From: an uncultured Acidobacteriota bacterium
GTDB taxonomy: Bacteria; Acidobacteriota; UBA6911; RPQK01; JAPXNP01
Direction: 5' to 3'
DNA: 24,000 bases
Assembly (NCBI GenBank): GCA_963777605.1
Contig: CAVZRV010000011.1
Location: 143,145-167,144, forward strand
The notes under the pieces were generated by a model. The model had not been told where the DNA came from and did not search any database. It saw only the letters and a list, made by a program, of their open reading frames with translations. The position numbers were made by a program, and so were the translations under genes. Positions 7,671 through 15,264 of the stretch are shown here, one piece after another. The first letter of the stretch is position 1; every line of letters starts with the position of its first letter.

Positions 7671-10541
7671 ATGAGCCCAAGCGAGCGCACTGGGGGGGCC
7701 ATCGAAATTCTGGGCGCCCGCCAGAACAATCTCAAGAACATCGACGTCGCGCTTCCGATCAACGCTCTCACCGTGATCACCGGGCTGAGCGGCTCGGGTA
7801 AGTCGAGCCTTGCTTTCGACACCCTCTACGCAGAAGGGCAGCGGCGATACGTTGAATCGATGTCGGCCTACGCCCGCCAGTTCCTCGAGCGGATCCCCAA
7901 GCCGGCGGTCCGGGAGATTCGAGGCATCTGCCCCGCCATTGCGATCCGCCAGAAGAACACGACCCGCAACCCCCGCTCTACCGTAGGGACAGTGACCGAG
8001 ATTTATGATTTCATGCGCCTCCTCTTTGCGCGGGCAGGCCGGGTGCGGTGCCGGGAATGCGGGCAGGAAGTCCGAAAAGATGACGTCGACACGGTCGTTG
8101 AAGAGCTCCTGTCCCGCTACCAGGGAGAACGCGCCTACCTGACCTTTCCGCTCGCCGGCAGCGCTCTTGACCTGACCGTTGGGACTCCGGAAAGCCGGAT
8201 CGAAGCAAAAGACGTGATCGACAACCTGGTCAAACAGGGCTTTCATCGCCTGATTGCCAAGCCGTTCACGGAGAATCGACCTCTCCAGCTTCCCGCCCAG
8301 GCCCCGGCAAACCTTCCGGAACTCCTGAATCTTCACGTTCTCGTTGACCGCCTGGCAATCGAGTCCGAGGCAAGGGAACGGTTGACTGATTCCCTCGAAC
8401 TGGGCTTCGCGGAGGGCAAGGGAGTCGCGGAAGTGACCGTGCTCAAGCCGGAGCCGGGCGGGTCCGGCGAGACGCTTCGATTCAGCGAGCGGTTCGACTG
8501 CCAGAAATGCGGCATCACCTACAAGGCGCCCGACCCGAGACTGTTCTCCTTCAACAACCCGTACGGGGCCTGCCCCAGTTGCCAGGGATTTGGAAATACC
8601 ATCACGCTGGATCGGGAACTGGTCATTCCGGATCCCCGCCGCACGCTGCGGGAAGGCCCGATAGAGCCATTCCTCAAGCCCCGTTACCTGAAGCGACAGC
8701 AGAAGCTGCTCGAATGGGCGGAACGGCAGGACATTCCGCTCGACATTCCCTTTGATGAACTCCCCGAAACCACTCAGGAGGCAATCTGGAATGGGCGGCA
8801 GGGCTTCTCAGGCGTAGTCGGATTCTTCGACCGTCTCAACGAGAAGAAATATAAGATGCACGTCCGCATCTTCATCGCCCGCTACCGGGGCTACTCTCGC
8901 TGTGCGGAATGCAACGGGGAGCGGCTCCGACAGGAGGCGCGGGACGTCTACGTGGGCGGACAGCGGATCACCCAGATCACCCGGATGACGGTTTCGGAAT
9001 TGCGGGAGTTCTTCGGGGACCTCGTGCTGTCCCGTTCCGAGGCCCAGATTGCCGGCAAGCTCCTCAATGAGATCAGCAAGCGCCTCGACTTCCTCGACCA
9101 GGTCGGCCTCGATTACCTGACCCTGGACCGCCTGACGTCAACTCTGAGCGGGGGAGAGATGCAGCGCATCCACCTGGCGGCCTCGCTGGGATCGTCCCTG
9201 GCGGGAGCCTTATATGTCCTGGACGAACCTTCTATCGGGCTTCACCCGAGGGACCAGGATCGCTTAATTCAGATCCTGAAACGACTCAGGGACCTGGGTA
9301 ACACGATTGTGGTCGTGGAGCACGAGCGGGACATCATCCAGTCCGCCGATCACCTGATCGACATGGGCCCAGGGGCCGGAGAACTCGGGGGTTCGGTCGT
9401 CTTCAGCGGTAACCTGGCCGAGGCGGAACGGAGCAGTGAATCGCTGACCGCAAGATACCTGCGCAACGAATGCAGGATTCCGGTCCCCATCTTTCGACGC
9501 CAGCCAACAGGCAAGCGGCTGTGGGTTCGAGGAGCCAGCGAAAACAACCTCAAAGACCTGGACATCGAAATTCCGCTCGGTCTGTTCGTTTGTGTCTCTG
9601 GCGTCTCCGGATCGGGGAAGTCTACCCTGGTCCAGGACGTCCTGTACGCCGGGCTGAAGAAGCTCAAGAAACAGTGGAACGGGCCAGTGGGCAGTCACCG
9701 CCAAATTGACGGTGCCGGTCACATCAGCGACGTGATTCTGGTCGACCAATCACCGATCGGAAGAACACCACGGTCCAACCCGGTTACCTACATCAAGGCG
9801 TTCGACGACATCCGAAAGACTTTCGCCGGTCTCCGGGACGCCCAGGCCAGGAACCTGACTCCCGCTCACTTTTCCTTCAACGTCCCCGGGGGGCGCTGTG
9901 AGACCTGCCAGGGATCAGGTGTAATTACAGTCGAAATGCAGTTTCTGGCCGACGTCGACCTGGAGTGCGAGGACTGCGGAGGAACCCGCTACCAGAAACG
10001 AGTCCTGGAAGTGACCTACAAAGGCAAGAATATCGACGACGTCCTCAAAATGACGGTCAGGGAGGCGATCGGGTTCTTTTCCTCTCGTGCGGCGCTGGTC
10101 AGAAAACTGAAGGTCCTCCAGGAGGTCGGCCTCGATTACGTCCGACTGGGACAGTCGGCCACGACGCTGTCCGGCGGAGAGGCCCAGCGTATCAAGATGG
10201 CGGCTTATCTCTCCAAGGCCACCAAAGGGCGCCCCCTGTTCATCCTCGACGAGCCGACCACCGGGCTTCATTTCGACGACATCGGGAAACTGCTGCGCGC
10301 ATTCGACCGCCTCCTGAGCGGTGGAGCAACCGTCCTGGTCATCGAACACAACATGGACGTCCTGAAAAACGCCGACTGGGTCATCGACCTGGGGCCGGAT
10401 GGCGGAACCGGAGGGGGGCAATTGGTGATCGCCGGCCCGCCCGAGGTTGTGGCCGCCCACCCCGACTCACACACGGGCAGGTTTCTGCGAGAGTGCCTGG
10501 AGGAGTATCCTGTCGGAAAGACTGCTGGTTCGGCGAGTTGA
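7671..10541 (+). CDS. uvrA: Excinuclease ABC subunit A (UvrA)
   Basis: 956 aa. N-terminal GARQNNLKNI...GLSGSGKSSLAFDTLYAEGQRRYVES. Two ABC cassettes (Walker A GLSGSGKS and GVSGSGKS; signatures LSGGEMQR and LSGGEAQR). Zn-module Cys pairs at CRECG...CQKCG, CPSCQG, CAECNG and CETCQG...CEDCGG. Confidence 0.95.
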   Translation: MSPSERTGGAIEILGARQNNLKNIDVALPINALTVITGLSGSGKSSLAFDTLYAEGQRRYVESMSAYARQFLERIPKPAVREIRGICPAIAIRQKNTTRNPRSTVGTVTEIYDFMRLLFARAGRVRCRECGQEVRKDDVDTVVEELLSRYQGERAYLTFPLAGSALDLTVGTPESRIEAKDVIDNLVKQGFHRLIAKPFTENRPLQLPAQAPANLPELLNLHVLVDRLAIESEARERLTDSLELGFAEGKGVAEVTVLKPEPGGSGETLRFSERFDCQKCGITYKAPDPRLFSFNNPYGACPSCQGFGNTITLDRELVIPDPRRTLREGPIEPFLKPRYLKRQQKLLEWAERQDIPLDIPFDELPETTQEAIWNGRQGFSGVVGFFDRLNEKKYKMHVRIFIARYRGYSRCAECNGERLRQEARDVYVGGQRITQITRMTVSELREFFGDLVLSRSEAQIAGKLLNEISKRLDFLDQVGLDYLTLDRLTSTLSGGEMQRIHLAASLGSSLAGALYVLDEPSIGLHPRDQDRLIQILKRLRDLGNTIVVVEHERDIIQSADHLIDMGPGAGELGGSVVFSGNLAEAERSSESLTARYLRNECRIPVPIFRRQPTGKRLWVRGASENNLKDLDIEIPLGLFVCVSGVSGSGKSTLVQDVLYAGLKKLKKQWNGPVGSHRQIDGAGHISDVILVDQSPIGRTPRSNPVTYIKAFDDIRKTFAGLRDAQARNLTPAHFSFNVPGGRCETCQGSGVITVEMQFLADVDLECEDCGGTRYQKRVLEVTYKGKNIDDVLKMTVREAIGFFSSRAALVRKLKVLQEVGLDYVRLGQSATTLSGGEAQRIKMAAYLSKATKGRPLFILDEPTTGLHFDDIGKLLRAFDRLLSGGATVLVIEHNMDVLKNADWVIDLGPDGGTGGGQLVIAGPPEVVAAHPDSHTGRFLRECLEEYPVGKTAGSAS

Positions 10542-10562
10542 CCTCGCCGGCACTGCTTCAGT

Positions 10563-10597
10563 TTCCGGTCGGCGGGGAAAGTTGAGACCGACCGGAA
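10563..10597 (+). terminator. 10-bp perfect hairpin just after uvrA (possible terminator, no U tract)
   Basis: ttccggtcgg (10563-10572) pairs with ccgaccggaa (10588-10597) around a 15-nt loop. It begins about 22 nt after the uvrA TGA. The following sequence cttgactgac is not T-rich, so terminator function is uncertain. Confidence 0.3.
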
Positions 10598-10650
10598 CTT
10601 GACTGACTGAACCGTCCACAATAACCTCGAATTCCAGGAGCAGAATACAA

Positions 10651-11907
10651 ATGACGAATCCCCCTCGAGTGACGATGATTGGCGGCGGAATGATCACCCG
10701 GATCCAGCTTCTTCCTTCCATATTACAGCTGCAAAGAGAAGGGATCGTCGGGGAGATTCACATCTGCGACAGTCGCGCCCGACCTCTGATCGAGCTCCAG
10801 GAGAGTGAAGTACTCAGGACCGCGTTTCCGGACTGCTCGTTCACTCCCCACCCCGATCCCTCCTCCGTGGACCAGGACGAATTCGACCCGGACCGCTTTC
10901 GGAAGATCCTGCGGGAAGCCCCGCGCGGATCCCTCGCCGTGATTGCGGTCCCCGACCAGTTCCACTACCCGGTGTTGCGGGAAGCAATCGAGAACGACCT
11001 GCACGTCTGCATCGTGAAACCCCTGGTTCTCAATTACCAGGAAGCGGAGGAGATCGCCCGCCTGGCCTACGAGCGAGGACTGGTCGTCGGCGTCGAGTAT
11101 CACAAGCGCTTTGATCGGAGAAACCTGCTCGCCCGCAAGGCATACCGATCAGGCAGACTCGGCAACTTCCGCCTCGGCCAGGCCCAGATGATCGAGCCCT
11201 ATTACTATCGCGATTCCAATTTCCAGAACTGGTGCACCACCCAAAACACCGACATGTTCACCTACGTGGGTTGCCACTACGTAGACCTCGTCGCCTTCAT
11301 TACCGGCCTTCGCCCGGTTTCGGTCAGCGTGTATGGGATCGTTGACCGCTACCCGAACGGCAATGAAGGTTTCCTCTGGACCGATGGACGGGTAGTCTGG
11401 GAAAACGGTGCCTCGTTGAGTGTAGTCGATGCGATCGGGTACCCGAACGCGGCGGCGGGTGGAAATGCCCAGGGTCTGACCATGTGGTGCCAGGGAAATA
11501 GCGACGCAACGCTTCTCGTCCATTCCGACCAGTTCCGCGGCGTCAAGTGCAGCTACAATTCGGCCGGCACGGAACCCGGAGACACGATCTATGCCGAGCC
11601 CAATCCTGACTACTACCAACTTCACGATATGGGAACCACAGGCCTGGTGCCGGATGGGTATGGCCACCAGAGCGTGGCCTACATCGTCGGAGCCTGTGCC
11701 CGGGCAAGCCGGCTCAATTCGGTTGAAGAGCGGCAGTCGCATATCCATTCCCTGGACGAAGCGGGGATCATGGCAACCCCTAGAAACAGCTCTTACAACG
11801 AACTGGTGATCGAAGCCGCCCGAAAAAGCATTCTTTCGGGGGGACGGGAGGTGTCTATCGAATACGGGAAGACACCCGGAGTCCGGTTCAGAAGTTACCA
11901 GTCCTGA
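10651..11907 (+). CDS. Gfo/Idh/MocA-family NAD(P)-dependent oxidoreductase
   Basis: 418 aa with ATG preceded by AGGAG. N-terminal Rossmann-type MIGGGMI. The family-typical segment VCIVKPLVLNYQEAEEIARLAYERGLVVGVEYHKRFD corresponds to the EKP...R-F region (here VKP). It has a large C-terminal alpha/beta domain. Confidence 0.75.
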   Translation: MTNPPRVTMIGGGMITRIQLLPSILQLQREGIVGEIHICDSRARPLIELQESEVLRTAFPDCSFTPHPDPSSVDQDEFDPDRFRKILREAPRGSLAVIAVPDQFHYPVLREAIENDLHVCIVKPLVLNYQEAEEIARLAYERGLVVGVEYHKRFDRRNLLARKAYRSGRLGNFRLGQAQMIEPYYYRDSNFQNWCTTQNTDMFTYVGCHYVDLVAFITGLRPVSVSVYGIVDRYPNGNEGFLWTDGRVVWENGASLSVVDAIGYPNAAAGGNAQGLTMWCQGNSDATLLVHSDQFRGVKCSYNSAGTEPGDTIYAEPNPDYYQLHDMGTTGLVPDGYGHQSVAYIVGACARASRLNSVEERQSHIHSLDEAGIMATPRNSSYNELVIEAARKSILSGGREVSIEYGKTPGVRFRSYQS

Positions 11908-12005
11908 ACGACACAACTGAAGTGATCTCAATCAGGTAGACTATCCCCTTCTCGAAGAGGACGAGTTGATCAGCTGCGTTCTTTCGAACGCAATGGAAGG
12001 CAAAT

Positions 12006-13368
12006 ATGGCGACAAGAGAATTCTCACTGGTTCCACGACAGGTGGAAAGCATCAACTCCCGGTATCGGACGATCCGCACCTCGATTCCGGTGCCCGAGTC
12101 GGTCGAGATCCTCAAGACCCTGCGCCAGATCGAACCGCGCAGCATGGGCGGGCAGCCGCCGGTGATTTGGGATCACGGGGACAACTTCATCGTGGGGGAT
12201 CCCTACGGAAATCGCTGGCTGGATTTCTCCAGCGGAGTGCTGGTTACGGCGAGCGGACACGGACGTCGGGAGATCATTGACGCGATTCAGCATATGGCCG
12301 GCCGCGGCCTCTATCACGCCTACAGTTTCCCGACCGAGGTTCGCCTCGAGCTGGTCCGGGAGATCACCGGATTGATTCCGGCTCCGCTCAAGAAGGTCTT
12401 CCTGCTCACGACGGGGTCGGAGGCCACCGAGTGCTGCATCAAGCTCGCCCGGACCTGGGGGCTCCAGCAGGGAGGCGAAAGCAAAAACGTCTTTGTGACC
12501 TTCGACTACGCTTTCCACGGACGGACCATGGGCGCACAACTCGCAGGAGGCTCTCCGGCACTCAAGAAATGGCTGGGCGATGATCCTCGCTTCGTGCAGG
12601 TGCCCTACCCGGACGGCTTCCGCCAGAAGGACATCAGTTTTTCCGTTTTCGAGGAGGCTCTGGAGAGGAAAGGCGTCAATCCGCGCAACGTTTGCGGGGT
12701 GATGAGCGAGACGTACCAGGGCTGCAATGCTGCGCTCATGCCGGCTGAATACGCCCAGGAACTCCGCCGGTGGTGCAATCGTTGGGAGGCCGTGATGATC
12801 TTTGACGAAGTCCAGGCCGGCTTCGGGCGGACCGGAAAATCGTTCGGCTTCCAGCACCTCGGCATCGTCCCCGACCTGGTCGCCTGCGGCAAGGGAATCT
12901 CAGGGGGAATGCCGCTGTCCGCGGTACTCGGCACCGAAGAACTGATGTCCCTTTACGGGCCGGGGGAAATGACAAGTACACACTCAGCCAATCCGGTCTG
13001 CGCCGCTGCCGCTCTTGCCAACATTCGACTCATCCAACGGGAAAAGCTGACCGAGAACGCTGCCAACCTGGCTCCCATGCTCGCGGAAGGCACCGCCCGC
13101 ATCGCCGAGAAAGCTGGCGGCAAGGTGGGCACCTGGGCAGCAACGGGACTGGTCTCGGCACTCCAGTTCACGGAACCAGGAACGACCAACACCGGAACCC
13201 GACTCGGCCTGGCAACTGGTCAACAAGGCGGTCGAGCGCGGGCTTCTTCTCTTCGCCCCGGTGGGAGTGGGAGGCTGCGCGGTGAAACTGAACCCACCGC
13301 TGACGATTACCGAGGACGCCCTCAAGGAAGGGCTCTCGGTGCTCGAAAAGGCCGCCGCCGAATTGTGA
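12006..13368 (+). pseudogene. Class-III (GabT/ArgD-like) PLP-dependent aminotransferase with a +1 frame break near the C-terminus
   Basis: Carries LLTTGSEATECCIKLAR, IFDEVQAGFGRTGK and the PLP-lysine motif ACGKGISGG. After about nt 13190 the track ORF turns into Gly/Arg-rich nonsense. The +1 frame reads PEPDSAWQLVNKAVERGLLLFAPVGVGGCAVKLNPPLTITEDALKEGLSVLEKAAAEL-stop (TGA 13366-13368), a typical class-III C-terminus. In that frame 46 of 58 codons end in G/C, versus about half in the track frame. Confidence 0.8.
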
Positions 13369-13378
13369 CGCTCGAGGA

Positions 13379-13617
13379 TCAGATCGTGAAGTTCCCCTTG
13401 AACTTCATTTTGCCGGTCTTGAACTTCACGTCGATGACGTGGGTCGATCGGCGGCACCGCCGCCGTAAATATCGACTCCGTGTGAAACAGGATCGATTTC
13501 CCGCTCCCGTCGAAGTAAGGCTTGCCGGATGCATCGTAGCGGGGAAACCGGAAAACCGGAAATGGGTTCGTCTCCGACGGGGGTGAATACTCCTCTAGGG
13601 CGGACCATCACTTTCAT
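13379..13617 (-). pseudogene. Coding-like segment read in shifting frames (3' part of the upstream hypothetical gene, or a disrupted small gene)
   Basis: Nt 13446-13535 read SGKPYFDGSGKSILFHTESIFTAAVPPID in the same frame as ORF 13614..14195, with 24 of 30 codons ending in G/C. The wobble-aligned plus frame is closed by stops there. Nt 13379-13444 read THVIDVKFKTGKMKFKGNFTI-stop in the next (+1) frame, with 20 of 21 codons ending in G/C. No canonical start codon exists for the middle segment. ATG 13617 overlaps the upstream TGA (ATGA) but lies in a third frame. Confidence 0.35.
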
Positions 13618-14195
13618 CTCTTGAGCAGCCAGATAAGTCTTCTTCGCAAACTCTCGGCGGTTTCCCGCCGAAAGACGGCATCAAACTCCTGAAGCGAGTT
13701 GTGCCCCGGAGGATCCGAAAAGTAGCCCACCTGGAGCGAGATGAAGCGGGACGCTTCACGTTCCTCCAGCCGAGCCATTTCGGCCAGCTTTGGCCCGTCC
13801 AGGCTTCGAAGTCGATCGATAGCCAGCTGGACCGGTTCGGCTGACGTGATGAGGACGCGGAAAAAGTCTGCGAAATCCGACTCGCCGACCGAGTAAGTGC
13901 CCAGTTCCCCCGTCGAGTCGGATGAACTGCCGAATTCCCCGTTTCCAATGGAGGGATTCATCGGCTCGTCCCAAAATTCCCCGCCGAACTTGTTTCGCGG
14001 AGATTGGTCACCGGGCTTGAAGGGCCGCTCTGCGAACGTCCCTGCTCGCATGCGGACGACCGAAGTCTCATGAACCCAGGGAGACTCCTGAAGGACCTCC
14101 AGGCACTGTTGCTCGTTCCACTGAGCGGGATCCGTGGTCTCCCACCACTGGGCCGCCAACAACAACGACACAAGACCGCTCAATGTGCCCACCAC
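13614..14195 (-). CDS. Hypothetical secreted protein (true start probably ATG 14223 in another frame; 3' end unresolved)
   Basis: 193-aa ORF with consistently high GC3 and a hydrophobic N-terminus (VVGTLSGLVSLLLAAQ) followed by WWETTDPAQWNEQQCLEVLQESPW. No family recognised. A strong SD (GGGAGGAG, 14228-14235) sits in front of ATG 14223, which is out of frame with the long ORF by one nucleotide. Confidence 0.55.
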   Translation of the reverse strand: MVGTLSGLVSLLLAAQWWETTDPAQWNEQQCLEVLQESPWVHETSVVRMRAGTFAERPFKPGDQSPRNKFGGEFWDEPMNPSIGNGEFGSSSDSTGELGTYSVGESDFADFFRVLITSAEPVQLAIDRLRSLDGPKLAEMARLEEREASRFISLQVGYFSDPPGHNSLQEFDAVFRRETAESLRRRLIWLLKR

Positions 14196-14331
14196 AGCAC
14201 AGAATCTGGCTCGCCTGTCTCATGGTGCTCCTCCCGAGTCGTGCTCATTGCGAAGCGCCGACTGCAGGACGCCGCACCCCAGTTTAGATACTCAATCGTC
14301 CTCTGAGCATACGGTTGGCCCGGGAAGGGTA

Positions 14332-15243
14332 TCAGTTCGCGGGCACGAGGACCATGACTGAGATTGATGGCCGCCTGAAGTCCGTCCATTGTGGTGGGGC
14401 ACAATCCCTCGCACTCGGGACAATGGTTGTCTCGGTCTCCAATAGGCCACCTCTGGTACGGCCCCCAGGAAGGAAGTCGCAGCGTCGGATACTCCGAGCG
14501 CGTCCCGATGTCTCGTCGATGTCGATCACGACGGACGAGAACCGCGCATCTTTCGTTTCGGGCTCGAATCTCGCGTTCAAGCCGGTCAGGAACCGCGACA
14601 GCGACTGCTCCGTCTTCATGCCGATGACCGAGTCGTATGACCCCGTCATGCCAACGTCAGTGACGTACGCGGTCCCTCCCGGCAAGACCCGAACATCAGC
14701 AGTCGGGATATGGGTGTGTGTCCCCACGACCGCCGACACCTTGCCGTCAACGAACCAGCCAAAGGCCATCTTCTCGGAGGTGGCTTCGGCGTGGAAATCA
14801 ACCAGGATTGCCCGGGGCTGCCCTCCCAGCCGCTCGAGTTCCCCTTCGATCATCCGAAACGGGCAGTCGGTCAGAGGCATGAATACCCTGCCCTGCAGAT
14901 TGATCACGGCCACCGGGACACCGGCCCTGCTCTCGCCGATCCAGATGTGGTTTCCCGGAAGTCCGGGTGGGTAATTGCCCGGCCTCAAGAGCCTCGGCTG
15001 CCGCTCGAGCAGCGCACCGACGCCTTTCTGGTCCCAGACATGGTTTCCGGTCGTCAGGACATCAACGTCCATCCGCAGGAAGTCGTCGGCAATGGAGGCA
15101 GTCACTCCGAATCCGCCGGCCGCGTTTTCCGCGTTGACGACGGTGAAATCGATTCCGTTCTCCTCCTGAATCGCCTTCAGGTTCTCGCGAACCACCCGGC
15201 GTCCCCCTCGACCGACGACATCCCCCACAAAGAGCAGCTTCAT
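14332..15243 (-). CDS. ymdB: YmdB-family metallophosphoesterase (2',3'-cyclic-nucleotide phosphodiesterase-like, TIGR00282 type)
   Basis: MKLLFVGDVVGRGG...VVNAENAAGGFG...TTGNHVWD...DFHAEATSEK...GTHTHIPTAD...TDVGMTG closely parallels B. subtilis YmdB as recalled. It sits immediately downstream of rny, as in Firmicutes. It carries about 40 extra C-terminal residues relative to B. subtilis YmdB. Confidence 0.85.
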   Translation of the reverse strand: MKLLFVGDVVGRGGRRVVRENLKAIQEENGIDFTVVNAENAAGGFGVTASIADDFLRMDVDVLTTGNHVWDQKGVGALLERQPRLLRPGNYPPGLPGNHIWIGESRAGVPVAVINLQGRVFMPLTDCPFRMIEGELERLGGQPRAILVDFHAEATSEKMAFGWFVDGKVSAVVGTHTHIPTADVRVLPGGTAYVTDVGMTGSYDSVIGMKTEQSLSRFLTGLNARFEPETKDARFSSVVIDIDETSGRARSIRRCDFLPGGRTRGGLLETETTIVPSARDCAPPQWTDFRRPSISVMVLVPAN

Positions 15244-15264
15244 TGTTCCAGCACCCGAATCAAT

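Noticed and set aside
7671-10541. Possibility that this UvrA is a UvrA2 or drug-resistance-type paralogue, because the insertion-domain region (GFFDRLNEKKYKMHVRIFIARYRGY) differs from E. coli UvrA
   Set aside because: A UvrB-binding-domain-sized segment between the first Zn-module Cys pairs aligns by eye with E. coli (TVVEELLSRYQGERAYLTFPLA / IDNLVKQGFHRL / LHVLVDRLAI). All Zn modules and both ABC cassettes are intact. Paralogy cannot be judged without the rest of the genome.
11975-11992. Perfect 7-bp hairpin TGCGTTC-tttc-GAACGCA, 13 nt upstream of the aminotransferase start
   Set aside because: It is real in the sequence, but short, lacks a U tract and does not sequester the SD (GGAAGG, 11995-12000). 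It is not distinguishable from chance secondary structure.
13545-13560. Perfect 8-nt tandem duplication (aaaccgga x2), a potential frameshifting lesion in the unresolved locus
   Set aside because: Deleting one copy in silico joins the downstream coding frame to an upstream frame that has a stop and reads as nonsense. It therefore does not repair the gene. It encodes FPVFRFP in the apparent coding frame and may be native.
13369-13586. 3' 218 nt of the track ORF 12006..13586
   Set aside because: It results from reading through in the wrong frame after the aminotransferase frame break. The conserved C-terminus and its TGA are in the +1 frame, ending at 13368. A possible plus-strand mini-ORF from GTG 13386 (MKFPLNFILPVLNF...) shares wobble positions with the minus-strand tail and looks less protein-like.
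13608-13616. TGA-AAG-TGA as selenocysteine or other stop-codon recoding (alternative genetic code)
   Set aside because: TGA clearly terminates uvrA, the aminotransferase and other genes here, so code 4/25 is excluded. I see no convincing SECIS-like hairpin right after either TGA, and a U-K-U context is not a known selenoprotein motif. A local frame error is more parsimonious.
14224-14460. About 40-aa C-terminal extension of YmdB, and an alternative-frame ORF (14180..14404, contains CPECEG) in the ymdB-hypothetical gene interval
   Set aside because: All three minus frames are open here and their GC3 differs little (roughly 61% versus 67% by hand count). There is no motif beyond a lone CxxC and no SD. 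This is insufficient to call a gene or a frameshift.
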